From Somniosus microcephalus (taxonomy: Eukaryota): a DNA stretch of 64,000 bases. Under the pieces are notes generated by a model, which did no database searches, had not been told where the DNA came from, and worked only from the letters and a program-made list of their open reading frames with translations. Position 1 is the stretch's first letter. The number at the start of each line of letters is the position of its first letter. Below, in pieces: positions 26,806-40,399 of this stretch. The stretch spans positions 31,310,001 through 31,374,000 of the forward strand of contig CM126226.1 in the NCBI GenBank assembly GCA_052327205.1, written 5' to 3'. Position numbers and translations under genes: made by a program.

Positions 26806-27559
26806 TCATGAGCTTGTGTTGTGGCTGATTTTAGCCTACTCCCTATCCCAGAGATACTTGAGGCCACTGGTAGCACCCCTGCTGTCACCCTGACTGAAAT
26901 GAGCTGATGGTACAAACTGGGAATTGCAACTGAGACCTTCCTGGCCTGTGTGCTTCAGTACCACACTGGGCCCTGGCTTGAGCATGGGAGAGGGGGCTCA
27001 AAGGGGGTGCTGAAGACTTTTCATCCATTCCGTGTGCAATTGCAAAATGTGGCAGCATGCATTGTTGCATCAAGGATTTACCCTCACAAACATTTTCCCC
27101 ATGACAATCGCCTGTTTTAAATACATAAAAAGTAATGGGGCACATGTTTCACCAGATTTTCATATGAAGTTTGCTTCGATTGGAATCCATTACAGTAACA
27201 ATTTTACCTGTAGGTGGCACTGTAATAGAACTTTTTAATGTTGCGGGTATCGACAGCTTCACCCAGATGCATCCCACACAGTAGGTGCTACTTTATAGAG
27301 ATGATGATGATATGGCAAAAATACTTTCCTATTGTATATTAAATTTGCTGAGTGATCCTAACATTCTTGTGTGGCACTGTAACATGGAGTGTAAAATCTG
27401 CTATTCATTATAGCTACTTTAAAACCATACTTGTATTAAGTGAAGTTGTAGGGCTCTGTGTGAGGCTGCTGTGCGTGGAGACAGGACGGTGTGTGATATC
27501 TACATGCGTTATGTATTGTTCAGTAGCCATGTGTGGTTCCATGAATGGGAGAGGACACT

Positions 27560-27775
27560 GGAAGAGCTCCTTCAAATAGTGCCATGGGATCTTTTACATC
27601 CACCTGAACAGGCAGGCAGGGCCTTGGTTAAACATCTCATCTAAAGGACAGCGCCTCCAGCAATGAGGAGAGATCTCAGTATTACACTGCCGTGTCACCC
27701 TAGACTATGTCCCAGGAGTGGGAGTTCAACCCGCGACCTCTGACTTTTGAGGTGAGAGTGCGACCACTGAGCCAC
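27560..27775 (-). mobile_element. Deu-domain SINE 5' part
   Basis: Reverse complement of the head of 25651-26100. Confidence 0.65.
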
Positions 27776-27869
27776 ATTAATACTTAAACTCCATGACCTT
27801 GTATTGCCTGCTCTCTTTTTTCTGCATGCCTGAGAGAATATTGCCATGTTTTGCAGTTTCCAGGGGCAG

Positions 27870-27980
27870 ATGTGGTTAGAGATAAGCGTGGATCAGGAGG
27901 GTGATGTTACCAGGATTAGCACATCAGCCACCAAAAATCATCTATCAGTTGTAGACGCAAAGCAAACACTGGACATGTTG
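27870..27980 (+). CDS. Candidate upstream coding exon of the LACTBL1-like gene (MWLEISVDQEGDVTRISTSATKNHLSVVDAKQTLDML)
   Basis: Acceptors ttttgcag (27856) and ttccag (27863); 37 open codons from an ATG; strong phase-0 donor TTG|gtaagt, in frame with the exon at 40255/40258. No homology support. Confidence 0.35.
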
Positions 27981-29299
27981 GTAAGTTGGTTTATGATTTA
28001 AAAGTTCTTATTTTTTAATTGTTCTTAAGAGTTAACATTCGTTTAATGTCATTTCATGGCAGACGTCGCGATTTCAGAGGTCTGCCCAATATTCACATCT
28101 GATGAACTAATCATCATCTGTGCCTAACTAATTCATGCTCAAAAATGCTGCTGGGCTGGGCTCTTGGGACAAATTAGGATCATAGACAGAACTTCCAGAA
28201 CTCAATTAAAGGGGTTACTAATTGGTCCCAAATAACAGAAATGTAACCTCTTTGAGCCGGCTCCACGCGGTCTGAAGTAAAAATTCCCTCGTTTCTTGTG
28301 CCAATCTCCCAAGCCAGTTCTCTCATCAACTGCAGATCAGTTCTCAGTTCCAATTATGGCACTGGAAATGCAAGTTACCGATAGAAAAAGAACTCGAGCC
28401 AGAGACATGTAGCTGTTGCATATTTGAACTGGAATTTTGTCACCACAACTCTACAAAGTATGTTGGAATTCACACTGGTTCCTGTGCCGAATTGTACCTT
28501 GTGTGATTCAAGAAAATATCACAAAGCGTCTTAGTAGTGCTAAGAACGCTGATACTTAGTAACAAAAATTATTGCTGGGATTGTGCAATTGTTGGAAATT
28601 CATACATAAAAATTTAATTTAAATGTGTTGCATTTTTGTTGTCGACTCTTCAACCAATACCCGTGCCATGGTTACTGGCGTCAGTTCAGGTGTTACAACC
28701 TGCTCATGTAATGACAGTAAATGTCCCTGATCAACACCGAGCACCAGTGGGCGGTTAAGTAACCTGGCCACCTCCAGGAAGTGCCAGCGGCAGTTGAATG
28801 CCTGGAGGAGGATAGTGAGAGCCTTGATGGAGGAAGTCCTATCAAAAGGCGGATGAACGAATCCTTGAATTAGCGAACGACATTCGCAACCTGCAAGCCG
28901 TGACGCAACGGCAGTACATAAGTTAATGAAAGAGAAACCCTGGGACAGTCTGAAACACAGCGAAGTTGATCAGGTGGATAGAGAGAAACTATTTCCTCTG
29001 GAACACGGGGGCTTAACCTTAAAATTAGAGCCAGGCTGTTTCGGGGGGTAATGTCAGGTAGCACTTCTTCACACAAAGTAGTGGAAATCTGGAAAACTCT
29101 CCCCCAGCAGGATAAAGTAATTGATACTGGAGAAGATCAATTACTTTGATCAGAAGTGCCACTGGCTCCATCACCTTCTAAAACCATTCACCCTTTGATA
29201 ATTTTGAAAACAGCTATTAGGTCGTCTGTTAACCTTCTCGGTTCAGTGGAAAAAGCCCAATTTTTCAAGATGATCTTCAGAACTATGTTATCACTCTCT

Positions 29300-30102
29300 G
29301 GGCGTGATCTTGCCAGCCCTATGGAGGCGGGACGGCTGGGAAAATGGCAGACTTTGGGGGCGGGTGCCTAACCCATCTCCATGCCATCTTGCCAGGAGGC
29401 GGGTAGCCGACCCGCGCAGGGTCCCGTCTCCTTTGAGGCAGGAAGGGGATTACAGCCACTTAACTGCCTGTTAACAGGTAATTAACAAACAGATAAGAGG
29501 ATTATCCCCATTTTACCCACACAAGTGCGGGCTTCCCGAAGGCTGCGAACCCCGCCAGGGTCACCGAGGCGAGTAGTGGGTCTGCGGGGATCGGAGGGGT
29601 CCAAAAGTGTGTTGTAAAGTAAGTGATGGGTGCAAGGGTGGAGAGGTAAGTATGTGAGGTGAGTGGAAAGTGTTAGAAAAAGTTTACTTACCTTTGTTTC
29701 TTCCTGCAGGCTTCAAGAGTTGGGCATGCGGAGAGTCTCGCACCTCACCGGCAGAGATGACAGATGGCTGCTGCACTCTCCACTGCAACAACCATCTAAT
29801 TTCTGCAAAAGAAAGAGGTTTGGCGGGGTCTTGAATTCAAGAACTCATCAAATTACAGAGAATGTCAGTGTTTGACAGCTTCACAGAGCTGTCAAACGAT
29901 GACAATTCATCTGTCAAAAATTCTGCTGACGTTCTCTGTAACCGGCTTTCCCTTAATTGGCCTGCTAAGGCCGCTGGGCGGGCTTAACGAGGTCAATCGA
30001 GGGAAAATAGCGTGGGTTGGCCACAAATCGATGGAGGCGGGACATTGACCCGACAAGCAACAGTCCTGCCTCCAGCGCGCCCCCATTGACAAAATCACCT
30101 CC
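29300..30102. mobile_element. Probable non-autonomous PIF/Harbinger-type element inside a CR1 relic
   Basis: GC-rich; imperfect termini GGGCGTGATCTTGCC and GACAAAATCACCTCC; CR1-like sequence resumes on both sides. Confidence 0.4.
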
Positions 30103-32334
30103 ATAGTATAATTTGTGAATCTTCACTACTGTTTCCGCTGCTCTGATAGCATTTCTATAATGGGGTTCCCAGAACTGCATGCAGTACTTTAACTGTGACC
30201 TAATCAATGTCTTCTATATTATGTCAACATGTTCCTTGCTTTGTATTCTTTGCCCCATCTGTAAAACCCAGAATTCCATTTGCTTAATTAACTTTTCTAC
30301 CCACACTTTACAGGTATCTATCTACCTGCACCTGTTGCTACACTCTGTTAAGAATCTCATCCCAACTTAACATTATACTTCCTTTTGCTGTTCTTTCTCT
30401 CAAAATCTACTTTTCATGGTCAATCTCCCCAGTGTTGGCTTGGAGTGCAGCCAACAGGAGCAGGCAGGTAGGCCCAAGCGCACTTGGCCCTCTACTTTCG
30501 ATTCCGAACAAGAGGAATTTGTTGATTTTGTTGAGGCCACCCTACAAGCGTGCTCATTACTTTCACAAAAGCTGTTGAGTAATAGAAAGAATTCCCTATG
30601 GTCTAGTGCTCTGGGTTCACTGTACATCTGTTTAAAATGGGTGTTGTGGGGCCTCCCTAATGTTCGCTGCAGAATGCCAATTCTTAAATTCTTTGGCTAT
30701 TTTATTCACGTTGGATTTTTGCTGCTATTTTGGACGAAACCTGCTGTTTTTCTCCATAATTCCTTGTGCAATACTGTTGTCTTACTGTTTACCACTTTTT
30801 TTTTGCAAAACAGGACTGCTTTAGTGCTTTTTCTTGGTGCCACCAGTTGCCAAACTCGGGTGCAATTGCACTGCTCAGCACAGGCATTCTGTTGCGACTG
30901 CCAATGGCTGCCCTGCATTTGGAGGAGGGAGAGTTGTTCCATCAGAAGAAGGCGACATATACAGATCTCACCTTTGCATAATTGCCTTGGTAACCTTGCA
31001 CTGCCCAGCCTTTTCTTCCAAATAGGGTCAACCTTTGTTGCAGGACCTCCAACATTGGATGGCTGAAAGGCGCTGTTCTGCCCCCAACCATTTTGCATAT
31101 CAAACGGGAGCACAGTTTTAAAGATAGCCGACTGCCCTCTGAGAGTGTCTGGAACTGGAGATTCCGCTCCTGACCGCCCTAATGCTCCCAGTGAGCCGTG
31201 CGCTAAGCAAAACTGTCGAAGTAACAAACCTTGCAGTCCGGTGTTAGGTTCGCTGTTTCCTCCTCACCCCTGCTGTTTGCACAGCATCTGATGCGCAGGC
31301 TCAGACCACATTATTAGTCCCAGTATAACTCTGGATTGGATGTTCACATCATCCATGGACAACTTACTGTCATGAAGGCCTTTATTGGTCTGTGCAAAAA
31401 CTATGTTCTAGCAAGGATATTTTAACTCCTTGTGGACTGATTCTACCTTTTTACTGTTTTGGATATTCTTCTTAGGCAGTCCCTTGGGAAAGCAGCAACA
31501 CTTAAAGGACTGCTGCAGTTCTTAAAGTAAGACAGCTGTTTTTGGGTAACAGTTAGGTGTTACTGTACAACATAGCTGGAGGGCACTTCCCGCCACTCCG
31601 GAACTGCCACCTTCACGGAGGAGAGAGGGTATAGGTTTTACTGGCTGAGATAGCCCTGAGGAATGTGGCATTTTTTTATGGGGCAGATAGTAAACCTGCC
31701 CCGAAATTGGAGCCGGTGCACAGTAATCATGGCGGGAGGTGACCAATCAAGCGAAGGCTGTCCTCTGTCACACACATGAAGAAAAGGCTCTCTAGACAGA
31801 GGAAGAGCATCAAGTTAGGGAAGCCTGAAAGGTTCCCACTCAAAGCAAAGGGGTTGGCTGTACTAAGCATGCACCAAGTGCTTAGCCCACAGTATGCTGG
31901 CACATCTGCAATGCCCTCTGCAACCCCATCTTTCACTTCTTAGACCTAAATATAATTTTCTGAAGCGCTACCTCCAAATTAGACACTTCCAAAAGGAAAG
32001 ACTTCCTTTGACTCTCAACACCAGCATGTTTTTGCACCAACTCACTATTTGCACGCTGCCTGCTCATTGTTTCACACCAGGATGTATTTACGCTGCTCAT
32101 TAGATTGTTCCTTTTTTGACCACCTCATGCTGAAAATCCGTTTGTTTTCAAAGGCAAAGGCTGTGCACCTCCTGAGCAGAGAACCCGCACTGGTGGCCCA
32201 GCCGTCCTGCAACATCTCATCTGCTACGGAAAGCGGGCCCCCATAATTATTATTTGGAGGCCATCAAGGGAGTGGGTGTGAGCCAGCTTGGTGGCCTGTT
32301 GACAGCCCATAAAGTAAGTCTTGTCTTTGGCTTC

Positions 32335-33190
32335 TTGTGCGTGAAACACAAAAAGTTAGCATGCAGGTACAGCAAGTAATCGAAAAGGCAAATGGAATGT
32401 TGGCCTTTATTTCAAAGGGGTTGGAGTATAAAAGCAGGGAAGTCCTGCTACAACTGTACAGGGTATTGGTGAGACCACACCTTGAGTACTGTGTACAGTT
32501 TTGGTCTCCTTATTTAAGGAAGGATATACTTGCATTGGAGGCGATTCGCTAGGTTAACTCCAGAGATGAGGGGGTTGACTTATGAGGAAAGGTTCAGCAG
32601 GCTGGGCCTATACTCATTGGAATTTAGAAGAATGAGAGGTGATCTTATGGAAACATGAGATACTGAGGGAGCACGACAAGGTAGATGCAGAGAGGATGTT
32701 TCCCCTCATGGGGAAATCTAGAATGCGGGACCACAGTTTCAGAATAAAGGGGCGCCCTTTTAGAACTCAGATGAGGAGGAATTTCTTCTGAGGGTCGTAA
32801 ATCTGTGGAATTCTCTGCCCCAGGGAGCTGTGGAGGCTGGGTCATTAAATACATTTAAGGTGGAGATAGACAAATGTTTGCAAGATAAGGGAGTGAAGGG
32901 CTATGGGGAGTGGGCGGGGAAGTGGCTTTGAGCCCAAGATCAGCCATGATCTTATTGAATGGCAGAAGAGGCTCGAGGGGTCAAGTGGCCTATTCCTGCT
33001 TCTATTTCTTATGTTCTCACATAGGAACAGCAGTATAGACCATTCCACCATTCAATTAGATCATGGCTGATCTGTGACTCAACTCCACTTACCTGCCTTT
33101 GTTCCATATCCCTTGAATACCCTTCCCAAGAAAAATCTATCAATCGCAGTCTTGAAAATTTCAATTGACTCAGCATCCACAGTCTTTTGT
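32335..33190 (+). mobile_element. CR1 3' fragment (+, 32335-33020) tail-to-tail with a short - strand CR1 end (33020-33190)
   Basis: LYRVLVRPHLEYCVQFWSPYLRKDILALE; CR1 3' UTR on both strands. Confidence 0.85.
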
Positions 33191-33429
33191 GGGGTTTTTT
33201 GTCGCCCTTTAAGCTCAATCACTTGTTTCGTATAACGGGAAAAGCTTATAATGGGATGTCTCGATCGCTAATTAGCAGGCCATCAACAGAATGGCACCCT
33301 AATGGCCATGCTCCTGTGCATGACCCCATTTATCACATACACCTTGCTAACACAGCTTCCTTTCCTCTTTGATGATGTGGCTCGAACAAGGGAGGAACAG
33401 GATATGAACCCTCACACCAATACCCACTC

Positions 33430-33750
33430 TGGTGCTTGTTTTTTTAAATCTTTAAACCCCACTCTGTTATTTGTTCTTTAAATCCCATTCTGATGTCTGT
33501 TTATTTTTTAAATCTCACTCTGCTCTTTGTTTTTGTGCCCATTTGGTGGTTTTTTTTCCCTAAACTGCTTTGCTTTTATGTTCCCCTCTTGTTATTAATT
33601 TTTTAACTCCAGTCTTATGGTTTTTTTAAGGCACACTCGAGTGTATGTGTTTTAAATCCTGTTCTGTTGTTTGTCTCACTGTCACCACTTTTCTAAAAAG
33701 GTCCCTTGCCCCTTCTCTTTTTAGAAGTCCCACTGCTATCTTAAATTCTA
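33430..33750 (+). repeat. Degenerate T-rich minisatellite (units of about 30 bp, tttaaatcccactctg core)
   Basis: The core recurs at about 33451, 33477, 33506, 33601 and 33651. Confidence 0.5.
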
Positions 33751-34079
33751 AAGCTTGTTTGTTCTGTAAACAATGACTCTTAAAAGAAATAGAAATATTG
33801 CAGAATTATGATGTGCAGAATGTAATGTTCTTGCACTGTGCTGACAGATTTGTGTAGCATGTATGGTTTGGAAGACACTAGGATTAACTGCTGATTTCCA
33901 GTATTAATGAGGGAGCCACAGGCAAAATGCATGATTTCAGCAAATGCTGAATAGTAAAACATTACTGTAATAATGGTAAACCAGTATATTACAGAGGTTT
34001 TTTTTTCTCGAGGGCTATCCATTCAGGCAGAAGTGAATTAAATGGGAGGATTAAAGACTTTGCTTCCCACTTGTAGGTT

Positions 34080-34297
34080 TAAGATATAAACCCAGGGATT
34101 ATGACGTCAGGAAAGGAGAAATTGAGTTGAGAGAGCAGAGTGCATTGGTAATTCGCCATGATCTGAAACGGCCGGAGCCAATGCACTTTTCATTGCAAAT
34201 ATCCCGTGATCTAAACCCCGAGGCGGATTCTACAACATTTTATTGAAGATAGCTTCGCCTTCAGTCAACGACGAGTAAAACACGACGCTGGGTGAGT
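34080..34297 (+). promoter_or_regulatory. Candidate promoter and non-coding first exon for the LACTBL1-like gene
   Basis: Repeat-free and locally CpG-enriched; full CRE TGACGTCA at 34102-34109; inverted CCAAT pair at 34139-34148/34178-34187; donor-like GG|GTGAGT at 34292. Confidence 0.35.
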
Positions 34298-35094
34298 TTC
34301 CTGTTGATAATGACAGGGAGAAATGTGAAAAATGAAAGTTATTTTCTTATAGCAAGTCGATACTCTAAAAATGCAGCGGTTTGCCATATTGCAAACTCCA
34401 GTCATTTGGATCTGAGCGTTAAAGAGATGGTAATGCTTTTTGAGGTGAAATGTAATTAGAAAGCTAATAACGTGATTACACAGTGAGTTATGGAACTGCA
34501 AAATAGCAGCAGATAATGGGTTGGCTGAACGGCTGATGAATGTTCAGGCTTAGAAGCAATTTTTTTTTAAAAATTTTATAAGAGCTATCCACGTGATATT
34601 CATGTGATTCATGAATCGAAAGCATAGCTTGTCCTGCTCTCCAGTATCAGCTCCTATGCAGTTGGGGTGGAGAGGAGAAATAAAGCCTACACATTTTACA
34701 ACACGTGTCTAATCCCTGTACATGGGCCATACGGTGGCAGATGTGAGGGGATGCTTAGTTTTTTTTATCCAGTGTAGACAATAGGTGTATTTATAGTGCT
34801 AGTGTTTGTAATACATTTTAAAACTGCTTGCTGATTTACCTCATCTTGCCTTCACTCAGTGACCTTCACTCTTCATCTTGGCTTCTTATTAAAGAACATA
34901 ATACGAGGTGGCAAGAATAATATTACTACTAATTGATGTTGTATCTGCTTCTGGTTAACATAAGCAGTTGGAAATTTAATGGTGAAGCTTGAGCCAGTGT
35001 GTTGTCTTGCGGTACATTTCACTATTTTTGGAACTACATTTGGTGAAATCCGTTCTTGGCATCCATCTAGCAGTGTTCAGCTAAAGTTAACTGA

Positions 35095-35772
35095 ATGGAG
35101 GATGATTGGTGATATTGAGGCTTTGAAAAGGGTGCAGAGGAGGGCCTCAAGATTAATTCACAGTTTGAAGCATCAAGATAGGTTAAAAGAGCTGGGACTC
35201 TAGTCTGTAGAGAAGCATAAACGTAAAGGTGATTTGATCAAGGTTTTTAAGACGATGAAGGGAACAGATCATGTTCGAGCTGACAGTTTGTTCCAGCTAA
35301 ATAGGTTAGGGAGGACCAGGGGTCACAATCTCAAGTCATGCAAGACCAGGACTAGGTTAGATGTCAGGAGGTGGTTCTTTTCCCAGAGAATAGTGGATCT
35401 CTGGAACAGGCTACCGGCTCGTGGTGGATGCTGATTCGCTGAATTCCTCTGAGCAAGAGCTGGGCTTGTTCCTGGCTGGGGTGGAGATCAGCTCGTGCAA
35501 AAGGTTGGTACTGCATGACAATAATCTGGGCCAGAGTGATCTCCTGGACTAGTTTCGATTGCCTAAGGGGGTCGGAGAGGAATTTCCCAGAATTTTTTTG
35601 CCCTGATTGTCCTGGGTTTTTATCAGGTTTTTCACATCTCCCAGGAGATCGCATAGTTTCGGGTGGGGTGGGGATTCTGGAGTATATACATGTGATGCAC
35701 AAGGCATCGCAGTTGTGTGGGACCAGCTGGATGGACCAGAGGGTCTTTTTCAGTCCGTCATTGTTCGTATGT
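35095..35772 (+). mobile_element. CR1-clade LINE 3' end (distinct 3' UTR subfamily)
   Basis: DIEALKRVQRRASRLI, RTRGHNLK, RRWFFSQRIVDLWNRLP. Confidence 0.8.
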
Positions 35773-35779
35773 CACAAGG

Positions 35780-36972
35780 TCACAAATTACATCCTAATTG
35801 ACTGCGGCGAAGGTAATCTATCCCTTCTCGTCCTCCTGGACCTGTCTGCAGCCTTTGACATGGTTGACCACAAAATTCTGCTCCAACGTGCCTCCACCGT
35901 TGTCCAGCTGGAACTCACCTGGTTTCATTCCTATCTTTTCAGCCGTACCTGCAATGGCTTCTCTTCCCGATCCCACACTGTCACCTCTGGTGTCGCCCAA
36001 GGATCTATCCTTGGCCCCCTCCTATCTCCCATCTTCGTGCTACCCCTCGGTGACATCAATCGGCAACACCGTGAGTTTTCACATCTACGCTGATGATACC
36101 TAGCTCTACCTCTCCTCCACCTCTCTCGAACCCTCCACCATCTCTATACTATCAGACTGCTTGCCCGACATCCAGCACAGCATGAGTAGAAATATTGGGA
36201 AGACCGAAGCCATTGTCTTCTCCACGTCACAAATTCCGTTCCCTTTCCACTGATTCGATCTCTCTCCCTGGCAACTGTCTAATGCTGACCAAATCTGTTT
36301 GCAATCTTGGTGTCATATTTGATCACAAATTGGGCTTCCTACCTCATCCATTCTATCACATTTCCACCTTCACAATATTGCACGTCTCCGCCCCTGCCTC
36401 AACTCATCTGCTGCTGAAACCCTCACCCATGCCTTTATCACCTCTAGACTTGAATATTCCAACACACTCCTGGCCAGCCTCCCAAGTTTACCCTCCATAA
36501 GCTTGAGATCATCCAAAACTCTGCCACCTGTTGCTAACTCGCACCAAGTCCCGCTCGCTGACCTACATTGGCTCCCTATTAAGCAACCCCTCGATTTTAA
36601 AATTCTCATCCTTGTTTTCAAATCCCTCCATCGCCTCGCCCCTCCTTATCTCTGTAATCTCCTCCAGCTCTATAATCCCCCCAGACCACTGCGATCCACC
36701 TATTCTGGCATTTTGAACATCCCCAATTTTAAATGCTCCACCAATGGATTCAGCTGCCTAGGTCCTAAGCTCTGGAATTCCCTCCCTAAATCTCTATGCC
36801 CCTCTACTTCTCTTTCATCCTTTAAGACGCTCCTTAATACCTACCTCTTCAACCAAGCTTTTGGTCATCTTACATGGCTTGTTATCAAATTTTTTTTTGA
36901 TAACACTCCTGTGAAGCACCTTGGGACATTTTATTACGTTAAAGGCTCTATATAAATATAAGTTGTTGTTGT
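35780..36972 (+). mobile_element. L2-clade LINE 3' fragment
   Basis: LLVLLDLSAAFDMVDH, GVAQGSILGP, FHIYADDT, LHWLPI, GPKLWNSLP; (GTT)n tail. Confidence 0.85.
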
Positions 36973-37754
36973 ATGTTCTCCACAGATTCTGTTACATAGT
37001 ACAGCTAAATTAGGCTACTTGCTGGAAGATAAGTATTGTCGCTGTGACTCACAAGAGGGGACCCGTTTTCACATACTGTGCACTGATGCAATGATGTCCA
37101 CACATCAATCATTTATGCGCTCCTGTAAGTCAAACTAATCAAAAGAATGCATTACAGAACTTTGAAGTACATCAGACCCCTCCATTCCATCCCACCAGCC
37201 ACCTTAATAGATAGCGTTTTCTCAGCAGAAGAAGGAATGTACCTTTTCCTGCCCAATATCTATGGAAGCAATAGTGAGACCCAGGGATCGTAACAGAGAT
37301 CTCTCACTTTGTACACCAGCTACTGGAATGTATCACAGGCCACCACGCAGTTCTTCTCTCTTCGAAAGCAGATTGGATACATGCTATTACCAATCCGAGT
37401 CTTGGAACAAATGGGTTTATTTTCATAAGGCAGATAAATGAACAGTAAGCAGTATAACTCAATGAAATATATATATTTCTCTACCCACCTCAATAAATGA
37501 AGTAATAAAGATGCCATTTGCTTTCTCTCTAAATATAGACCTAAAATGGAAATTTACTTACCATAGCTGCTGTCTGGCCTAGTTCTCTTTTACACGGTGC
37601 AGAATGTTATAAAACATACAGCTTTGCAACTGTTGGCCGCAACACTCAAGCACAGGCTGCAGACTGATTAAAATAATTCTGTAATAGGATGTCTCTGAGC
37701 TACCCATCAAAGAGAACATCAGCCAATCAATGCTCCTGTCCCCTTCTGACAGGA

Positions 37755-38760
37755 ATCATAGAATGTTTACAGCACAGGAGGAGGCCATTCGGCCCGTCCC
37801 AGCTCTCTGCAAGAGCACTTCAGCTAGTCCCACTCCCCCGCCCTTTCCCTGTAGCCCTGCAAATATTTTTCCTTCAGGTACTTATCCAATTCCCTTTTTG
37901 AAAGCCACGATTGAGCCTGCCTCCACCACCCTTTCAGGCAGTGCATTCCAGATCATAACCACTCGCTGCGTAAAAAAGTTTTTCCTCATGTCGCATTTGG
38001 TTCTTTTGCCAATCACCTTAAATCTGTGTCCTCTGGTTCTTGACCCTTCCGCCAGTGGGAACTGTTTCTCTAGACCCCTCATGATTTTGAACACCTCTAT
38101 CAAATCTCCTCTCAATCTTCTCTGTTCTAATCTTCTGTTGCCTAGGCCCTAAGCTCTGGAATTCCCTGCCTAAACCTCTCCGCCTCGCTACCTCTCTTTC
38201 CTCCTTTAAGACGCTCCTTAAAACCTACCTCTTTGACCAAGCTTTTGGTCACCTACCCTAATTTATCCTTATGTGGATCGGTGTCAAATTTTTTGGTCTT
38301 AAAATACTCCTGTGCCGCGCCTTGGAACGTTTTACTACGTTAAAGGTGCTATATAAATACAAGTTGTTGTTGTTGTAAGGAGAACAACCCCAGCTTCTCT
38401 AGTCCAGCCATGTAACTGAAGTCCCCCATCCCTGGAATCATTCTCGTAAATCTTTTCTGCACCCTCTCTAAGGCCTTCACATCCTTCCTAAAGTGCGGTG
38501 CCCAGAATTGGACCCAATACTCCAGTTGAGGCCGAACCAGTGTTTTATAAAGGTTCATCATAACTTCCTTGCTTTTGTACTCTATGCCTCTATTTATGAA
38601 GCCCAGAATCCCGTATGCTTTTTTAACCACTTTTTCAACCTGCCCTGCCACCTTCAATGATTTGTGCACATATACCCCCAGGTCTCTCTGTTCATGCACC
38701 CTCTTTAGGATTGTACCCTTTAGTTTATATTGCCCCTCCTCGTACTTCCGACCAAAATGT
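37755..38760 (-). mobile_element. CR1 3' fragment interrupted by a + strand L2 3' end (about 38135-38375)
   Basis: ORFs 37882-38115 and 38349-38699 are consecutive CR1 pieces; the insert matches 36755-36972 and ends in (GTT)n. Confidence 0.85.
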
Positions 38761-40254
38761 ATCGGGAGCCTTTTCTTTGATCTCTGTCAAGGTGGCTTGG
38801 AGCCACCTCCATCCCGAGCGATCCTGAAACTAAAGCAGTAGATCAATTATTATGTTAGATCAAACAGCTATTCAATACTGAATGTAGGCAATCTTTGACA
38901 CTGACAAAATTGCTCGTGACTCATTGCAATAGGCCTGGGTTCACGGTACACTTCTAAATGCTGTAAAAAGTGTCAGAAACCAACATTTCCTGGGAGGAGG
39001 GCATGCTCTCAGAACACCTCGAAAATAAATTTAGCACCTTCAGAATTCACGTTCCCCTTTCTAAATCCAGTCCTGCTAAATTTGCACTTTTATGTACTTC
39101 AGTTTTCCCTATAATGTGAATAATTGGGTATACCTGCAGCACAAATCATGACAAGTTCACCTCTCTCGGCACTCCCATTGTAACTACTTCTTTTCATATA
39201 TCATGCGTGAGGTAATTGGGTTTTAGTTTTCACCCAAAAAACAAATTGAATTGTGGAATGCAAAAAATCATGAGCTCCAACGTAATAAAAAGTCACCTTG
39301 AACTAGCGGCCTTGGTCATTGGCCTTTATTCGGGGCTGCTTTAAACCTGTACATTGTTTTTTGAGGTGTCAGCTTTTTGGGTTGTACAAGCTGTTTTGAA
39401 GCTGTTCGTCAGCTTTTCCGAGTTTGGAGGTTGGCAGATATGAATCCGTATTATCACTGGGCATACCTAAGCTGCAGCCTCCCGTTTATTCATTCTGATG
39501 GGAGGCGTTCCTTTCATTTCATTTGCATAAGAAGTGTACGAAGCTGTGCAAAGTGCCAAATATGTGTACGCTTGTCCAAATAAAGAGAGGCTGACTTGAC
39601 CTTTATCAGTCATCCGGTGGTTCAATGGCATGTCAGTGACATGTAACAAGTTGACCCTTGCTACACTGGATTATTTATTTCTACTACACAGCAATCTCAG
39701 GCAGTCGCTGCCGTCCACGTAGTGAGGCTAAAGACTGCTGTGAACTTTTGAACTTGTCACTAGCAAGTAGTTCTGGAAAGCAAGTACACTTCCAGATCCT
39801 ATAGGAGTTTCCTTTAGAATTTAGAAATACAGAAATGTGCAGTATACAGTAATTGGGTACTCGCCTACAGAATGTTGTGTTAAATGGATGGTGGAAGATG
39901 CTTGATTAAGTACAGTACTGCCAGTTGAGGGTAATCCATAACTCTCTTAATTACTTAACAGTAAAACAAAACTTATACAGTAAACGACTGTATACAGTAC
40001 TGTAGCGCCAAGAAGCCGAGTAGTGGCAGTTTGGAGAACTACCCCCACTGACTAACTCGGACTCGGCAACATTTCCGGTTATTGAGTTGTTGTTCTCGGA
40101 GTATGAATTTTACCGGTTAATAGAGAAATCCGGATATTTAGGTGCCATTTAAACGAGAGTTTCCTGTAGTAGGAATGTTATCATCCTAATGTAGTCGTCA
40201 GCCATGCAGGATGCAATAGGAGATGTGTTTATAATCTGTGTTCTTGTTTGGCAG

Positions 40255-40399
40255 CAGTGTCCTGATGGGCAAGGTGTGAGGACAGGCCTCGTTATGGATT
40301 TAAAATGGCCACATCTTGGAATGGCTTTCTTTATACTCGTCTCCATCACCATGACTTGCTGCTTTGTGTGGCAGTACAAACTTCCAAAGAAAGACACGA
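40255..40399 (+). CDS. LACTBL1-like exon with signal anchor (ATG at 40294; tandem CAGCAG acceptor at 40254/40257)
   Basis: gttcttgtttggcag|cag|TGT CCT ... ATG GAT TTA AAA TGG ... GAC ACG A|gtaagt. Confidence 0.8.
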
